From Candidatus Electronema aureum (GTDB lineage: Bacteria; Desulfobacterota; Desulfobulbia; Desulfobulbales; Desulfobulbaceae), in assembly GCA_004284765.1 (NCBI GenBank), contig NQJD01000025.1, positions 3,562 to 35,561 on the forward strand: a stretch of 32,000 nt of DNA, given 5' to 3'. The notes beneath the pieces were generated by a model. It did no database searches and had not been told where the DNA came from. It saw nothing but the letters and a program-made list of their open reading frames with translations. Every line of letters begins with the position of its first letter. Within the stretch, counting starts at the first letter, position 1. Positions 8,128 to 16,870 of the stretch are shown in pieces. The translations under genes were made by a program, and so were the position numbers.

Positions 8128-9794
8128 CCTCCTCTAAAAGTACTTCGTTTTTTGCTCCTGCTGCTTCGGCTTTGTTGCTGGCCTTGGCTATGCCCGGTTT
8201 AGTCGGTTGCTGGCCCCTGCTTTTCATTGCCTTGGTACCGTTGCTCTGGGCAGCGCGGACGTTGCCGAGTACGGTGCAAAGCGGCTGCATGGGTATGTCT
8301 TCCGGCTTGCTTTATCATCTCAGCCTGCTCTACTGGATCGTTATTGTTTTAGAACACTACGGTGGTCTGCACGCCTCAGTGGCAATAATTGTCCTCGTTC
8401 TGCTGGCCGTGTATATGTCAGCCTACACTGCCTTTTTCTGCATGATTCTCAATCGACTGACCACGAGGCCAGAAAGCGGCAAAGGCTTATCTGTCTCTGT
8501 ACTCCTGATCGCGCCAGTAGTTTGGGTAGGGCTTGACGTAGCACGGGGCTGGCTTTTCTCCGGTATTCCGTGGATGGACCTCGGCTATGGCCTGCACCGT
8601 GAGCCGCTGTTGATCCAAACTGCGGATTTGGGCGGACATCACCTGATTACGTTCTTTATTGTCCAGATCAACACCCTAATTTATTGGTTTATAGATAGAA
8701 TTTTCAGCGCAGCGAAAGCACCAAAACGTCAGTATCTGCTCGCAGTTATGGTCTGTCTCAGTCTTTACTGCGCGGGTGGCTACTCAATGGTGCGCTATCG
8801 ACAGGTGGTTTCCGAAGCCGCCGCAGCCGAACAGATTACGGCTCTTGCTGTGCAAGGCAATGTTGACCAGAGCGAAAAATGGTCGCCAGCACTCAAGGTG
8901 GAGACTATTGACCGCTACCTTTCTTTGTCAGCAAAAGCCTTTCAAAGTGAGAACAAGATTAGCTTGGTCGTCTGGCCGGAAACCGCTCTGCCTTTTTATC
9001 CGCATCGGGAGCCGCTGATAAGCCGGGTGAAGGCGTTCGCCAAAGAAAAGCAAACGTATCTGCTTACCGGAGCACCGTATTTTACTATCACCCTCCAAGA
9101 GCAAAAAGCAGCGGCAGAACAGTTCAACGACACGCTCAGACCGGTGGAATATTTTAATAGTGCCCTGATGTACGACCGAACAGGCCAACTGAATGGCAGG
9201 TACAACAAGCAACATTTGGTGCCATTCGGCGAGTATGTTCCTTTGAGTGACTACCTTTGGTTCATCAGGCCATTAGTAGAGCTGGTGGGCGATTTTTCTC
9301 CTGGCAATTCTTTTGAACCACTCAATGCGGATACTATCAAAGCGGGCGTTTTGATTTGCTTTGAATCGATCTTTCCGAACATTGCTCGGCGCGAGACTGC
9401 CGCAGGAGCAAATCTCTTGGTCAGCATGACAAACGATGCGTGGTACGGCAAATCCAGCGCACCGCATCATTCTTGGGCCATGACCATAATGCGCGCGGTG
9501 GAAAATCGGCGCAGCATCGTTCGAGCCGCGAATACTGGTATCAGCGGCTTTATCGCACCAACCGGAGCGATAAGCAGCGAATCCGGCCTGTTCACTGCCG
9601 AGGCTCTGACCGATACGGTGGCCTTGATGACGGAAAAAACCGTGTTTGTCCAAGGTGGTTACTGGTTTGGCACCTTCTGTTTAACTCTGACCGGCCTCTT
9701 CCTGTGGAGTCATGCTTGGATGGAAAGAAGAAGACGGCGGGAACTCAAGCGAAAGCAGGAAGTTCTCCGCCAGCAGAGAGCTGCGGAGGCTTAG
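8124..9794 (+). CDS. lnt: apolipoprotein N-acyltransferase
   Basis: N-terminal multi-TM region followed by a nitrilase-fold domain. Triad contexts are VVWPETALP (Glu), NKQHLVPFGEYVP (Lys) and GVLICFESIF (Cys). ATGA overlap with corC. Confidence 0.92.
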   Translation: MTSSKSTSFFAPAASALLLALAMPGLVGCWPLLFIALVPLLWAARTLPSTVQSGCMGMSSGLLYHLSLLYWIVIVLEHYGGLHASVAIIVLVLLAVYMSAYTAFFCMILNRLTTRPESGKGLSVSVLLIAPVVWVGLDVARGWLFSGIPWMDLGYGLHREPLLIQTADLGGHHLITFFIVQINTLIYWFIDRIFSAAKAPKRQYLLAVMVCLSLYCAGGYSMVRYRQVVSEAAAAEQITALAVQGNVDQSEKWSPALKVETIDRYLSLSAKAFQSENKISLVVWPETALPFYPHREPLISRVKAFAKEKQTYLLTGAPYFTITLQEQKAAAEQFNDTLRPVEYFNSALMYDRTGQLNGRYNKQHLVPFGEYVPLSDYLWFIRPLVELVGDFSPGNSFEPLNADTIKAGVLICFESIFPNIARRETAAGANLLVSMTNDAWYGKSSAPHHSWAMTIMRAVENRRSIVRAANTGISGFIAPTGAISSESGLFTAEALTDTVALMTEKTVFVQGGYWFGTFCLTLTGLFLWSHAWMERRRRRELKRKQEVLRQQRAAEA

Positions 9795-9802
9795 AGGCAA
9801 CA

Positions 9803-10048
9803 GTGACCAAGCAAAAAAATTATATCGGAGTCAGCAAAACTGAGGACGACACGTGGCAGTTTGCCGTGCAAAGGGCTAACGGCAAAGTAAAAACTGTCAC
9901 CGGCTTCAGCACGGCCAAGGTGGCAGCCCTGCTCCGAGATGAGTATATCCTCCAACATCGGCTCGACGAGGCACGCAACTTTACTGTTAAACGAATAGCA
10001 AAGGTGCGAAATGAAGCCTATGAGCAGATGTTCGGCAGGCAGGACTGA
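9803..10048 (+). CDS. small hypothetical protein, tentatively an AP2-like DNA-binding fold
   Basis: The non-overlapping tail of track ORF 9440..10048. GTG at 9803 has GAGG 5 nt upstream. The pattern NYIGVSKTEDDTWQFAVQRANGKVKTVTGFSTAKVAALLRDEY resembles the AP2 consensus (YxGV..W.A.i...GK...lG.F.t.eeAA.ayD). Confidence 0.45.
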   Translation: MTKQKNYIGVSKTEDDTWQFAVQRANGKVKTVTGFSTAKVAALLRDEYILQHRLDEARNFTVKRIAKVRNEAYEQMFGRQD

Positions 10049-10075
10049 TTTTTATTTCATTGGAGGGAGAGAACA

Positions 10076-11189
10076 ATGGCAGATTTGACTGAAACTGCGG
10101 AACTGCGGCAGAAGATTCAGGCACTGAAAGGGAAAGTGCTGGCTCTGAAGGAGCATCTTTGACTTAGACAGCAAGAAGTTAGACATTGAGCGGTTAGAGT
10201 CTGAGTCGCTGGAGCCAAATTTCTGGAACGATCAGCATAAGGCCAAGAAAGTGCAACGGCAGCTCGGTCAGCTCCAAGATGTGGTTAAGGGCTGGGAGCT
10301 GCATTTTCAGCATATCGAAGAGGCGGAAATGCTCTTGGATATGGCTTTAGAGGAAAGTGACGTAGAGGCTCTGAGTGAGGTCGAAACCTCGCTTGATCGC
10401 CTTGCTCAGGAGGTGGAGCTGACCGAATTAGAATGCATGTTCGATGGCGAGCATGACAGCTGCAATGCCCTGCTCACTGTTCATGCGGGCGCGGGCGGAA
10501 CTGAGGCTCAAGACTGGGTGAGTATGCTGCTGCGCATGTATCTACGTTGGGCCGAACTGCACAGTTTTCCTGCCGATATTCTTGATTATCTGCCCGGCGA
10601 CGAGGCCGGAGTCAAATCCGTAACCATTCTGATCAAGGGCAAGAATGCCTACGGCTATACTCGCTCTGAGGTTGGCATTCACCGTTTGGTGCGAATTTCG
10701 CCTTTTGACGCTTCGGGTCGGCGACACACATCTTTTGCCTCAGTGATGGTGCTGCCGGAATTGGACGACACCATTGAGATTGACATCAACGAAAAAGAAC
10801 TGCGCATCGACACCTACCGCTCCAGCGGCGCAGGAGGCCAGCACGTCAACAAGACCGACTCGGCCATTCGCATCACCCATCTGCCAACGAATATCGTGGT
10901 GCAATGCCAGAACGAGCGTTCTCAGCTTCGTAACAAGGAAATGGCGATGAAAATGCTGATGTCCAAGCTCTACGACAAGCAGCAGAAGGAAAACTTGCAG
11001 GCGCAGGAAAATCTGCACGGTGAGAAAAAGGAAATCGCTTGGGGCAGCCAGATTCGCTCTTATGTACTCCAACCCTACCGGCTGATTAAGGACCACCGCA
11101 CCAACGTCGAGGTTGGCAACGTTGATGCGGTGTTAGACGGCAATCTGGATCAGTTCATCAAGGCTTTTCTCCTCTGGCAGCCGCGTTAG
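10076..11189 (+). CDS. prfB: peptide chain release factor 2, join(10076..10159,10161..11189), with programmed +1 frameshift
   Basis: Frame 0 reads MADLTETAELRQKIQALKGKVLALKEHL and then TGA at 10160. The +1 frame continues DLDSKKLDIERLE... into the track ORF (10251..11189). That ORF carries SPF (RISPFDASGRRHTSFASV) and GGQ (SGAGGQHVNKT). Confidence 0.95.
10148..10163 (+). promoter_or_regulatory. RF2 autoregulatory +1 frameshift site (internal SD-like AAGGAG, 3-nt spacer, CTT TGA C)
   Basis: aaggag cat ctt tga c. This has the same layout as the E. coli prfB site, AGGGGG TAT CTT TGA C. Confidence 0.9.
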
Positions 11190-11192
11190 CCA

Positions 11193-12383
11193 ATGCCTCT
11201 GCTCACCAGCCTGCTGATCCTAATCGTTGTCGCCCGGCTGCTGGGGCAAATCTTTCAGCGTTTCGGCCAGCCCTCCATTGTTGGAGAAATGCTGGCCGGA
11301 GTGCTGCTCGGCCCCAGCTTTCTTAACCTGATTCATCCCAACACCGCTCTTTCCAGCATCTCGGAATTTGCTGTCTTTCTGGTGGTGTTATCCGCTGGAC
11401 TGGAGATGAATTTCAAAGACATCCTCAACGCCTTGCTGGGCCGGGGCATTGTCATCGCCGTACTCGGCTTTATTCTACCTCTGACTGCGGGCATTGCAGT
11501 GGGCGCGGTCTTTCAGCTCGACCTGATGCGCACGGTCTTCCTTGGCCTTTGCGTGTCAATCACTGCTCTGCCGGTCACGGTGCGCATTCTCCAAAGTTTC
11601 AATCTGCTTGATTCCGATATTGCCCGTTATTCGGTGGCCACGGCCATTTTCAACGACGTGGTGGCTCTGTTAGTGCTGGGAGTGATTCTCAATTTACCTG
11701 CCCAGCTTTCCCTGTCAGCGGTGATTTTGTCGATTGTCAGCACCAGCTGGAAGCTCATCGCTCTCGGCGCATTCATCCTCGGCTTCAACTGGCAGTTAGA
11801 GCGGATGATCAAGCGGGGAATTCATATCGAAAAAATATCGGAGAAGTTAGTTGATGCCGTTGGTAATGAGGCTCTTTTCGGTATCTTAGTGCTGTTTGTG
11901 CTGGTCTTCGGCTCGGTCAGCGAAGCCTTGGGCTTTCACTTTGTCATCGGTGCATTTTTCGGCGCACTGTTGATTGACCGCAAATTCTTTCTTGCCTCGC
12001 GCTATCACGAATTAGACCTCACCCTGCGCTCAATCACCGAAGGCTTTCTGGGGCCAGTCTTTTTTGCCTACCTGGGGTTAGAATTCAACATTGATGCCTT
12101 GAAGCCACTGGGGTTTGTCTTGGTCGTGCTGGTCGTATCAATCAGCTCAAAAGTGCTGGCGGGTTGGCTCGGTGGCTTGGTTATTCAGCTCCCGCCTGCC
12201 CGTGCCTTGGGTATCGGTATTATTCTCAATGGCCGTGGAGTGATGGAATTAGTCATCGCCAGCATCGCTTACGAGCGCGGCTTTATCAATCAGGGCATGT
12301 TCTCCACATTAGTGCTGATGGGCGTAGTGACAACCATGATGACCCCGCTGATGTTCCGACGCTGGATACTGCCCCGACTATAA
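11193..12383 (+). CDS. CPA2-family monovalent cation:proton antiporter (Na+/H+ exchanger family)
   Basis: 396-aa polytopic ORF. The N-terminus ARLLGQIFQRFGQPSIVGEMLAGVLLGPS is typical of Kef/NapA-type CPA2 proteins. Starts 3 nt after the prfB stop. Confidence 0.85.
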   Translation: MPLLTSLLILIVVARLLGQIFQRFGQPSIVGEMLAGVLLGPSFLNLIHPNTALSSISEFAVFLVVLSAGLEMNFKDILNALLGRGIVIAVLGFILPLTAGIAVGAVFQLDLMRTVFLGLCVSITALPVTVRILQSFNLLDSDIARYSVATAIFNDVVALLVLGVILNLPAQLSLSAVILSIVSTSWKLIALGAFILGFNWQLERMIKRGIHIEKISEKLVDAVGNEALFGILVLFVLVFGSVSEALGFHFVIGAFFGALLIDRKFFLASRYHELDLTLRSITEGFLGPVFFAYLGLEFNIDALKPLGFVLVVLVVSISSKVLAGWLGGLVIQLPPARALGIGIILNGRGVMELVIASIAYERGFINQGMFSTLVLMGVVTTMMTPLMFRRWILPRL

Positions 12384-12395
12384 CCTGCTGAAACA

Positions 12396-12746
12396 ATGCA
12401 CCCTGTCCTTACTTCTATCCTCATGCTGACGTGCAGCAACGTCTTCATGACCTTTGCTTGGTACGCCCATCTCAAGGAATTGAGCAGCAAACCGTGGATA
12501 ATCGCTGCGTTGGCGAGCTGGGGCATTGCCTTATTTGAATATCTGCTTCAGGTTCCAGCCAACCGGATTGGCTTTACGGTTTTGAGCGTGGGTCAGCTCA
12601 AGATCATTCAAGAAGTAATCACCTTGACGGTATTCCTCCCTTTTTCCGTGATGTATCTGAAAGAACCTCTGAAGCTCGATTATCTTTGGGCAGGCTTATG
12701 TTTGGTGGGCGCGGTCTATTTTATGTTCAGAAGCAAGATAGGGTAA
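12396..12746 (+). CDS. DMT-superfamily small membrane protein (DUF486 family)
   Basis: 116 aa with four hydrophobic segments. NVFMTFAWYAHLK ... LQVPANRIG ... QLKIIQEVITL is characteristic of DUF486. Confidence 0.8.
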   Translation: MHPVLTSILMLTCSNVFMTFAWYAHLKELSSKPWIIAALASWGIALFEYLLQVPANRIGFTVLSVGQLKIIQEVITLTVFLPFSVMYLKEPLKLDYLWAGLCLVGAVYFMFRSKIG

Positions 12747-12764
12747 AAAATGAAGGAAGAAAGC

Positions 12765-13127
12765 ATGGTAAAATTACGGATAACTCTCCACGATAGTGAG
12801 GCTGATGACGAGCAGCTTGACCGACTGGCTCTGTCGCTGATACGGCAGCTTCGGGATTTGGAGGCGATTGAATCTTTGGAGAGGGAGGCAGGAAAAGCGA
12901 TAGACAGGAGCAAAGGCGACCCGATCACGGTGGGCGGCGTGATTCTTGGCATTGCAGTGGCGGCCATTCCGAATCTGATCAGCTTGCTTCAACAGTGGAC
13001 AGTCGGCAACCGCACCATTAAAGTTGAAGCTCCGAACGGAGCGAAGGCGGAATTCACCCCAGATCACCGGTATTCCAAAGAGGAAATTGCCGAATTGGTG
13101 CGGTCGCTCAATCGAGTCAAGCAATAA
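12765..13127 (+). CDS. small protein resembling the effector-associated constant component EACC1; partner of the downstream caspase-STAND gene
   Basis: VKLRITLHDSEADDEQLDRLALSLIRQLRDLE, then KGDPITVGGVILGIAVAAIPNLISLLQQW (a central hydrophobic helix), then TIKVEAPNGAKAEF..SKEEIAELVRSL. This matches my recollection of the EACC1 pattern. AAGGAAG lies 5 nt before ATG 12765 (the track start is 12750). The stop is 12 nt before the next gene. Confidence 0.55.
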   Translation: MVKLRITLHDSEADDEQLDRLALSLIRQLRDLEAIESLEREAGKAIDRSKGDPITVGGVILGIAVAAIPNLISLLQQWTVGNRTIKVEAPNGAKAEFTPDHRYSKEEIAELVRSLNRVKQ

Positions 13128-13139
13128 CTGGAAGATGCG

Positions 13140-16100
13140 ATGGAACGCCGTTCAGCCCTGCTGATCAGCAGCAGCGAGTATCAGGATGCCAGCCTCACCC
13201 GACTTTTTGCGCCGCAAAATGACGTGCAGGCTTTGGCAGAAGTGCTGCGTGATGCCTGCATCGGCGGCTTTGAGGTGAAGGAACTACTGATCAACAAAGC
13301 CTCCTCGGTAATTCGAGAGGCTATTGCCGACTTTTTCGCCGAACAGAGGCGCGACGATCTTGCTCTGCTCTATTTCAGCGGTCACGGCCTGAAAGATGAT
13401 TTGAACAGCGGTAAGCTCTATCTGACAGCCACGGATACCAGACGCGACCGGCTCCGGGCAACCGGCATCGCGGCCAGCTTTCTCTTGGAAGAGGTGGAAG
13501 AATCGAAATCCCGCCGCATCATCCTGATTCTCGATTGCTGCTTCAGCGGTGCCTTTGCGCGTGGGAGTAAGGGCGCGGATGAGGAACTTGATGCGGCTTT
13601 TAAGAACATGGGCTATGGGCGGGTTGTCCTCACCGCCAGCAATGCCGTTCAGCTCGCTTATGAAGACGAACAGGCCAAAGACGGAGCGGTTCATTCGATC
13701 TTCACAAAATTTCTGCTGGAAGGACTCCGCACCGGGGCTGCTGATTTGTCCCAGCGCGGAGAGATCAGCGTGAATGATCTTTACCAGTATGTGAACAAGC
13801 AGATCAAACAGATGGACAGTGGCAGGCGGCAGACTCCGAAAATCTGGGATTTTGATCGTGAAGGGGAGGAGCTGGTTATTGCCAAAAATCCCTTTGCGCC
13901 GCCTCCCACGCCTGTCGCTGTCCAGTCGGGAAAACGTCCGCTCACCTACACACTCCGTCCGCAGGCGCATAACTTTGTTGACCGAGTTAAGCAACGCAAG
14001 GAATTGCGGAGCGATCTTCTTGATGCAACCAAGGTCTTCGTGATTGTGGACGGCTTGGCCGGAATAGGCAAAACTATGCTGGCGGCAAAAGTGGCCGAGG
14101 AATCTGAAGCTGATTTTGCGGGCATCTATTACAGCAAATGCGCAAAAGAAACAGATGTAGATCAGCTCCTCGCAGAGCTGGCGTATTTTTTGAGCGGCTG
14201 CGGCGACCATTGTTTGAGTGGCGTGGTGGAGTATGACATTCCAGCAGCAAATAAAATTAATTTTCTGCTGGCTGCGCTGGGTGTGCGAAAATATCTGCTG
14301 ATTTTCGACGACGTGCATGAGCTGCTTAATTCGGAGCGGCAAATTAGCAATGAGGGAATTAAGCTGCTCTTCAGCGAACTGCTCAACACTCGCCATCAAG
14401 CAAAAGTTCTCCTTGTCAGTCGGGTGCGGCCCGTGCTGCCTTGGCAGCAACTTTGTCAGGTGCCGAGCAGTTTGGAGTCATTTGATGAAGAAAACGGCTT
14501 AGAATTGCTGCGGCTGCTGGGATTAGATGAGGACGAAGAACTGCTCCGCCGAGCTTGGCAGCTCACGGGCGGCCATCCTTTGGCGATGGGTCTGCTGGCG
14601 GGCATGGCCGGAACAATGGATTTGCAGCTCATTTTGGCTGAAACCAGTCTGTTTTATGGTGGAAGTTTGGTCAACGAACTGCTCCGGCGGCAGTTCTACA
14701 CCTTGCTCACTGTTGAGGAAAAGAATTTGCTGCTCAGAATGTCTGTCCTGCCGCGCCCGGCGGAATTCGGCATTATCGCCCATCTGGAAGAACAGGGGCA
14801 GGCGGCCCGCCTGCTGCCTGCGCTGGTGGAAAAAAATTTGGTGATGTACAGCAGAAAGGAGAAGAAATATCGTCTGCACGATTTGGTGCGGGAGTTCAGT
14901 CGGGCTGAGACGACGGCTGAGGAGCAGCAGCTTTGTCATTCGCGGCTGGCGGATTATTACGAGCGACTGGAATTCAATGCGGATAAGCCGAGCTTTGAGC
15001 AGGTGCAGCAGAGGCTTGAAGCCCAGCATCATGCCGTTCAGTCTGGTGAGAAGGCCAGAGCAGCACGGCTGCTGGTGGAAACTGCCGAGCATCTACGGAA
15101 ATGGGGCTATTTGGAGCGGTGCGGAAAGCTGCTGGCCGAGACCTTGGCCGCGCTGGAGAAGCTGGAGCCGACCAAGGAGCATCTGCTGCTGCGGGTCGAT
15201 CTGCTGGTGGAGCAGGGCTGGCTGGAACGTTCATCCTCCGGGTTAGACAAGGCGGTGGAGCGGTGCCGAGAGGCGGAGCGCATTCTGCAAACGGCGCAGG
15301 ATGAAGGGCGGGAAGGCAAGGTCTGTCATGCCTTGGGCAAGTTTTTCTACGAAGAGGCGTTGTGGGAGGAGGCAGAACAGTATTTTGTCCGTGCGTTTGA
15401 GTTGCAGAAGGCGCGGCGGAACACAAAGGAACTCGCCACAGTTGTTTGCAATTTATATGACTTATACTGGCGTGTTGAAGAAATAGAAAAAATAGAAAAA
15501 ACAAGCAAGGAAGGAATTAGAATCTGTGAGGAAGAAAACGATGCTGAAAACAAGGGGAAAATACTGATTGAAGTGCTTGGTAAAACTTTTGGAATACAGC
15601 GGAGATGGGAACACGCATTGGCGGTGTATAAAGAAAGTCTGCGATCAAGGCGAGATGATGATCTTCTTGGTCAAGCTTTGTCTTTACGGAAGATTGGCGA
15701 GGTGCTCCGGCAACAGAAGCAGTTTGAGGAGTCTCTGGAAAAGCATAAGGAAGGTTTTGCGTTAGCTCAAAAGGCTGGTGATATTTCGGCTCAAGCTATG
15801 GCATTGTTGGGTTGCGGCTATACATACAGAGATAATGGTGATATAAACAAAGCCATTGAGCTTTATGGTCAATGTTTTGATGTTGCTAATAAAATAGAGG
15901 GGATATCTGGCAGAGCTGATCTGTTTTATGATCTTGGAGAAGCTTATCGGGATGTCGGTAACTTGGAAAAAGCCTTACAACAGTTTAACGAAGCTCTGCG
16001 GTTAAGAAAAGAATCGGGAGATATTCTTGGGGCAGCAGATGTATTCAACAGATTAGGTTCATTTTATTCGACAAAATATTCAAATCTCTCCACCGCATTA

Positions 16101-16796
16101 AAATATTACAAGGATGCACTTGAAATCAAGAAGAGCTTAGGCAGATCGTTAGGAGTAGAAACGGAAACAAACAATATCGCTTTTGTTTATAAACATCAAG
16201 GAAGGTTCGACGAGGCTCTCGCTCTGTTTAAAAAGTTGATTTGGATCAGAATGAATAGGAGCTATGATATTGCGATCACTTATAACCATATAGGCCATAT
16301 ATATTACTTGAAAGGAAATATTAAAAAATCCTTTCTTTATTTCAAAAAAAGCCTGAGAATATACAAAAAAAATAATAGAGTCGGCGGAATATCAGTTACT
16401 CTTTCGTATCTTGGCGAGGCGTATCTTGCTCTTGGAAATTATGAAAAGGCTCTTGCAACTCTGCACGAGAGTGTGAATCTGAAAACCGTGATGTCCTCTA
16501 AAGCTATCCCGTTAACTTCCATCGCCAAGGTCTATTATCGCCAAAGAAACCTTGCTGCGGCAAAAAAGAAATGCGAGGAAAGCCTTGCCATCAGCAGGCA
16601 GTACGGCGGCAAAATCCAAGCGGGCGTAACCTTGCACCTTTTAGGGAAAATTCTGCTGGCGCAAGGCCATGCCGAGGAAGCGCGGGCGCATGTTCAGGAA
16701 GCAGTGGAGATTTTCCGGGCCGCTGGCAGCTTTCATCTCGCCGAAGCGGAAAAGACGCTGGCGGAAATAAATGAATTCCGCAGCAATATTGCTTAA
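13140..16796 (+). CDS. caspase-like (peptidase C14) - NB-ARC STAND NTPase - TPR repeat protein, 1218 aa
   Basis: Caspase dyad contexts are LLYFSGHG (His82, nt 13383-13385) and LILDCCFSGAF (Cys134, nt 13539-13541). Walker A is GLAGIGKT (aa 305-312, nt 14052-14075). Walker B is LLIFDDVHEL (D390/D391). VLLVSRVRP and LTGGHPLAMGLL correspond to the NB-ARC RNBS-B and GLPL-type motifs. From about aa 620 to the C-terminus there are TPR-like repeats (for example AxxLxxxGxxYxxxGxxxKAxxxYxxAL). Confidence 0.9.
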   Translation: MERRSALLISSSEYQDASLTRLFAPQNDVQALAEVLRDACIGGFEVKELLINKASSVIREAIADFFAEQRRDDLALLYFSGHGLKDDLNSGKLYLTATDTRRDRLRATGIAASFLLEEVEESKSRRIILILDCCFSGAFARGSKGADEELDAAFKNMGYGRVVLTASNAVQLAYEDEQAKDGAVHSIFTKFLLEGLRTGAADLSQRGEISVNDLYQYVNKQIKQMDSGRRQTPKIWDFDREGEELVIAKNPFAPPPTPVAVQSGKRPLTYTLRPQAHNFVDRVKQRKELRSDLLDATKVFVIVDGLAGIGKTMLAAKVAEESEADFAGIYYSKCAKETDVDQLLAELAYFLSGCGDHCLSGVVEYDIPAANKINFLLAALGVRKYLLIFDDVHELLNSERQISNEGIKLLFSELLNTRHQAKVLLVSRVRPVLPWQQLCQVPSSLESFDEENGLELLRLLGLDEDEELLRRAWQLTGGHPLAMGLLAGMAGTMDLQLILAETSLFYGGSLVNELLRRQFYTLLTVEEKNLLLRMSVLPRPAEFGIIAHLEEQGQAARLLPALVEKNLVMYSRKEKKYRLHDLVREFSRAETTAEEQQLCHSRLADYYERLEFNADKPSFEQVQQRLEAQHHAVQSGEKARAARLLVETAEHLRKWGYLERCGKLLAETLAALEKLEPTKEHLLLRVDLLVEQGWLERSSSGLDKAVERCREAERILQTAQDEGREGKVCHALGKFFYEEALWEEAEQYFVRAFELQKARRNTKELATVVCNLYDLYWRVEEIEKIEKTSKEGIRICEEENDAENKGKILIEVLGKTFGIQRRWEHALAVYKESLRSRRDDDLLGQALSLRKIGEVLRQQKQFEESLEKHKEGFALAQKAGDISAQAMALLGCGYTYRDNGDINKAIELYGQCFDVANKIEGISGRADLFYDLGEAYRDVGNLEKALQQFNEALRLRKESGDILGAADVFNRLGSFYSTKYSNLSTALKYYKDALEIKKSLGRSLGVETETNNIAFVYKHQGRFDEALALFKKLIWIRMNRSYDIAITYNHIGHIYYLKGNIKKSFLYFKKSLRIYKKNNRVGGISVTLSYLGEAYLALGNYEKALATLHESVNLKTVMSSKAIPLTSIAKVYYRQRNLAAAKKKCEESLAISRQYGGKIQAGVTLHLLGKILLAQGHAEEARAHVQEAVEIFRAAGSFHLAEAEKTLAEINEFRSNIA

Positions 16797-16870
16797 AATT
16801 GCATGAACCGTTTGATAATTCTTTTCGTTTCTGCAAAATCAGCATCGAATTTTACTCGGCCATAAAGGCG

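Noticed and set aside
9440-9802. N-terminal two-thirds of track ORF 9440..10048 (202 aa)
   Set aside because: This part overlaps the well-supported lnt frame and is Arg/Gly-rich with no motifs. Only the portion after the lnt stop was kept, as a possible small gene starting at GTG 9803.
10251-11189. Treating prfB as the 312-aa ORF given in the track, or as a pseudogene interrupted by TGA
   Set aside because: The upstream 28-codon frame plus the CTT TGA C site and an SD-like element explains the layout as the canonical programmed frameshift.
3213-12383. The clustering of ion-homeostasis genes (ClC, Trk/Ktr, CorC, CPA2) as a dedicated system
   Set aside because: The genes are on different strands and in different operons, interleaved with lnt and prfB. 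Each is a common housekeeping family, and nothing in the sequence links them functionally.
13284-14450. 388-aa minus-strand ORF antisense to the caspase/NB-ARC region, plus several 60-190-aa ORFs in other frames between 13400 and 15560 (for example 14523..15092 and the Pro/Ala-rich 14974..15504)
   Set aside because: They overlap a plus-strand frame with unmistakable caspase, Walker A/B and TPR motifs. They are low-complexity with no recognisable motifs, and they disappear exactly where the gene turns AT-rich. This is typical of GC-driven stop-codon depletion.
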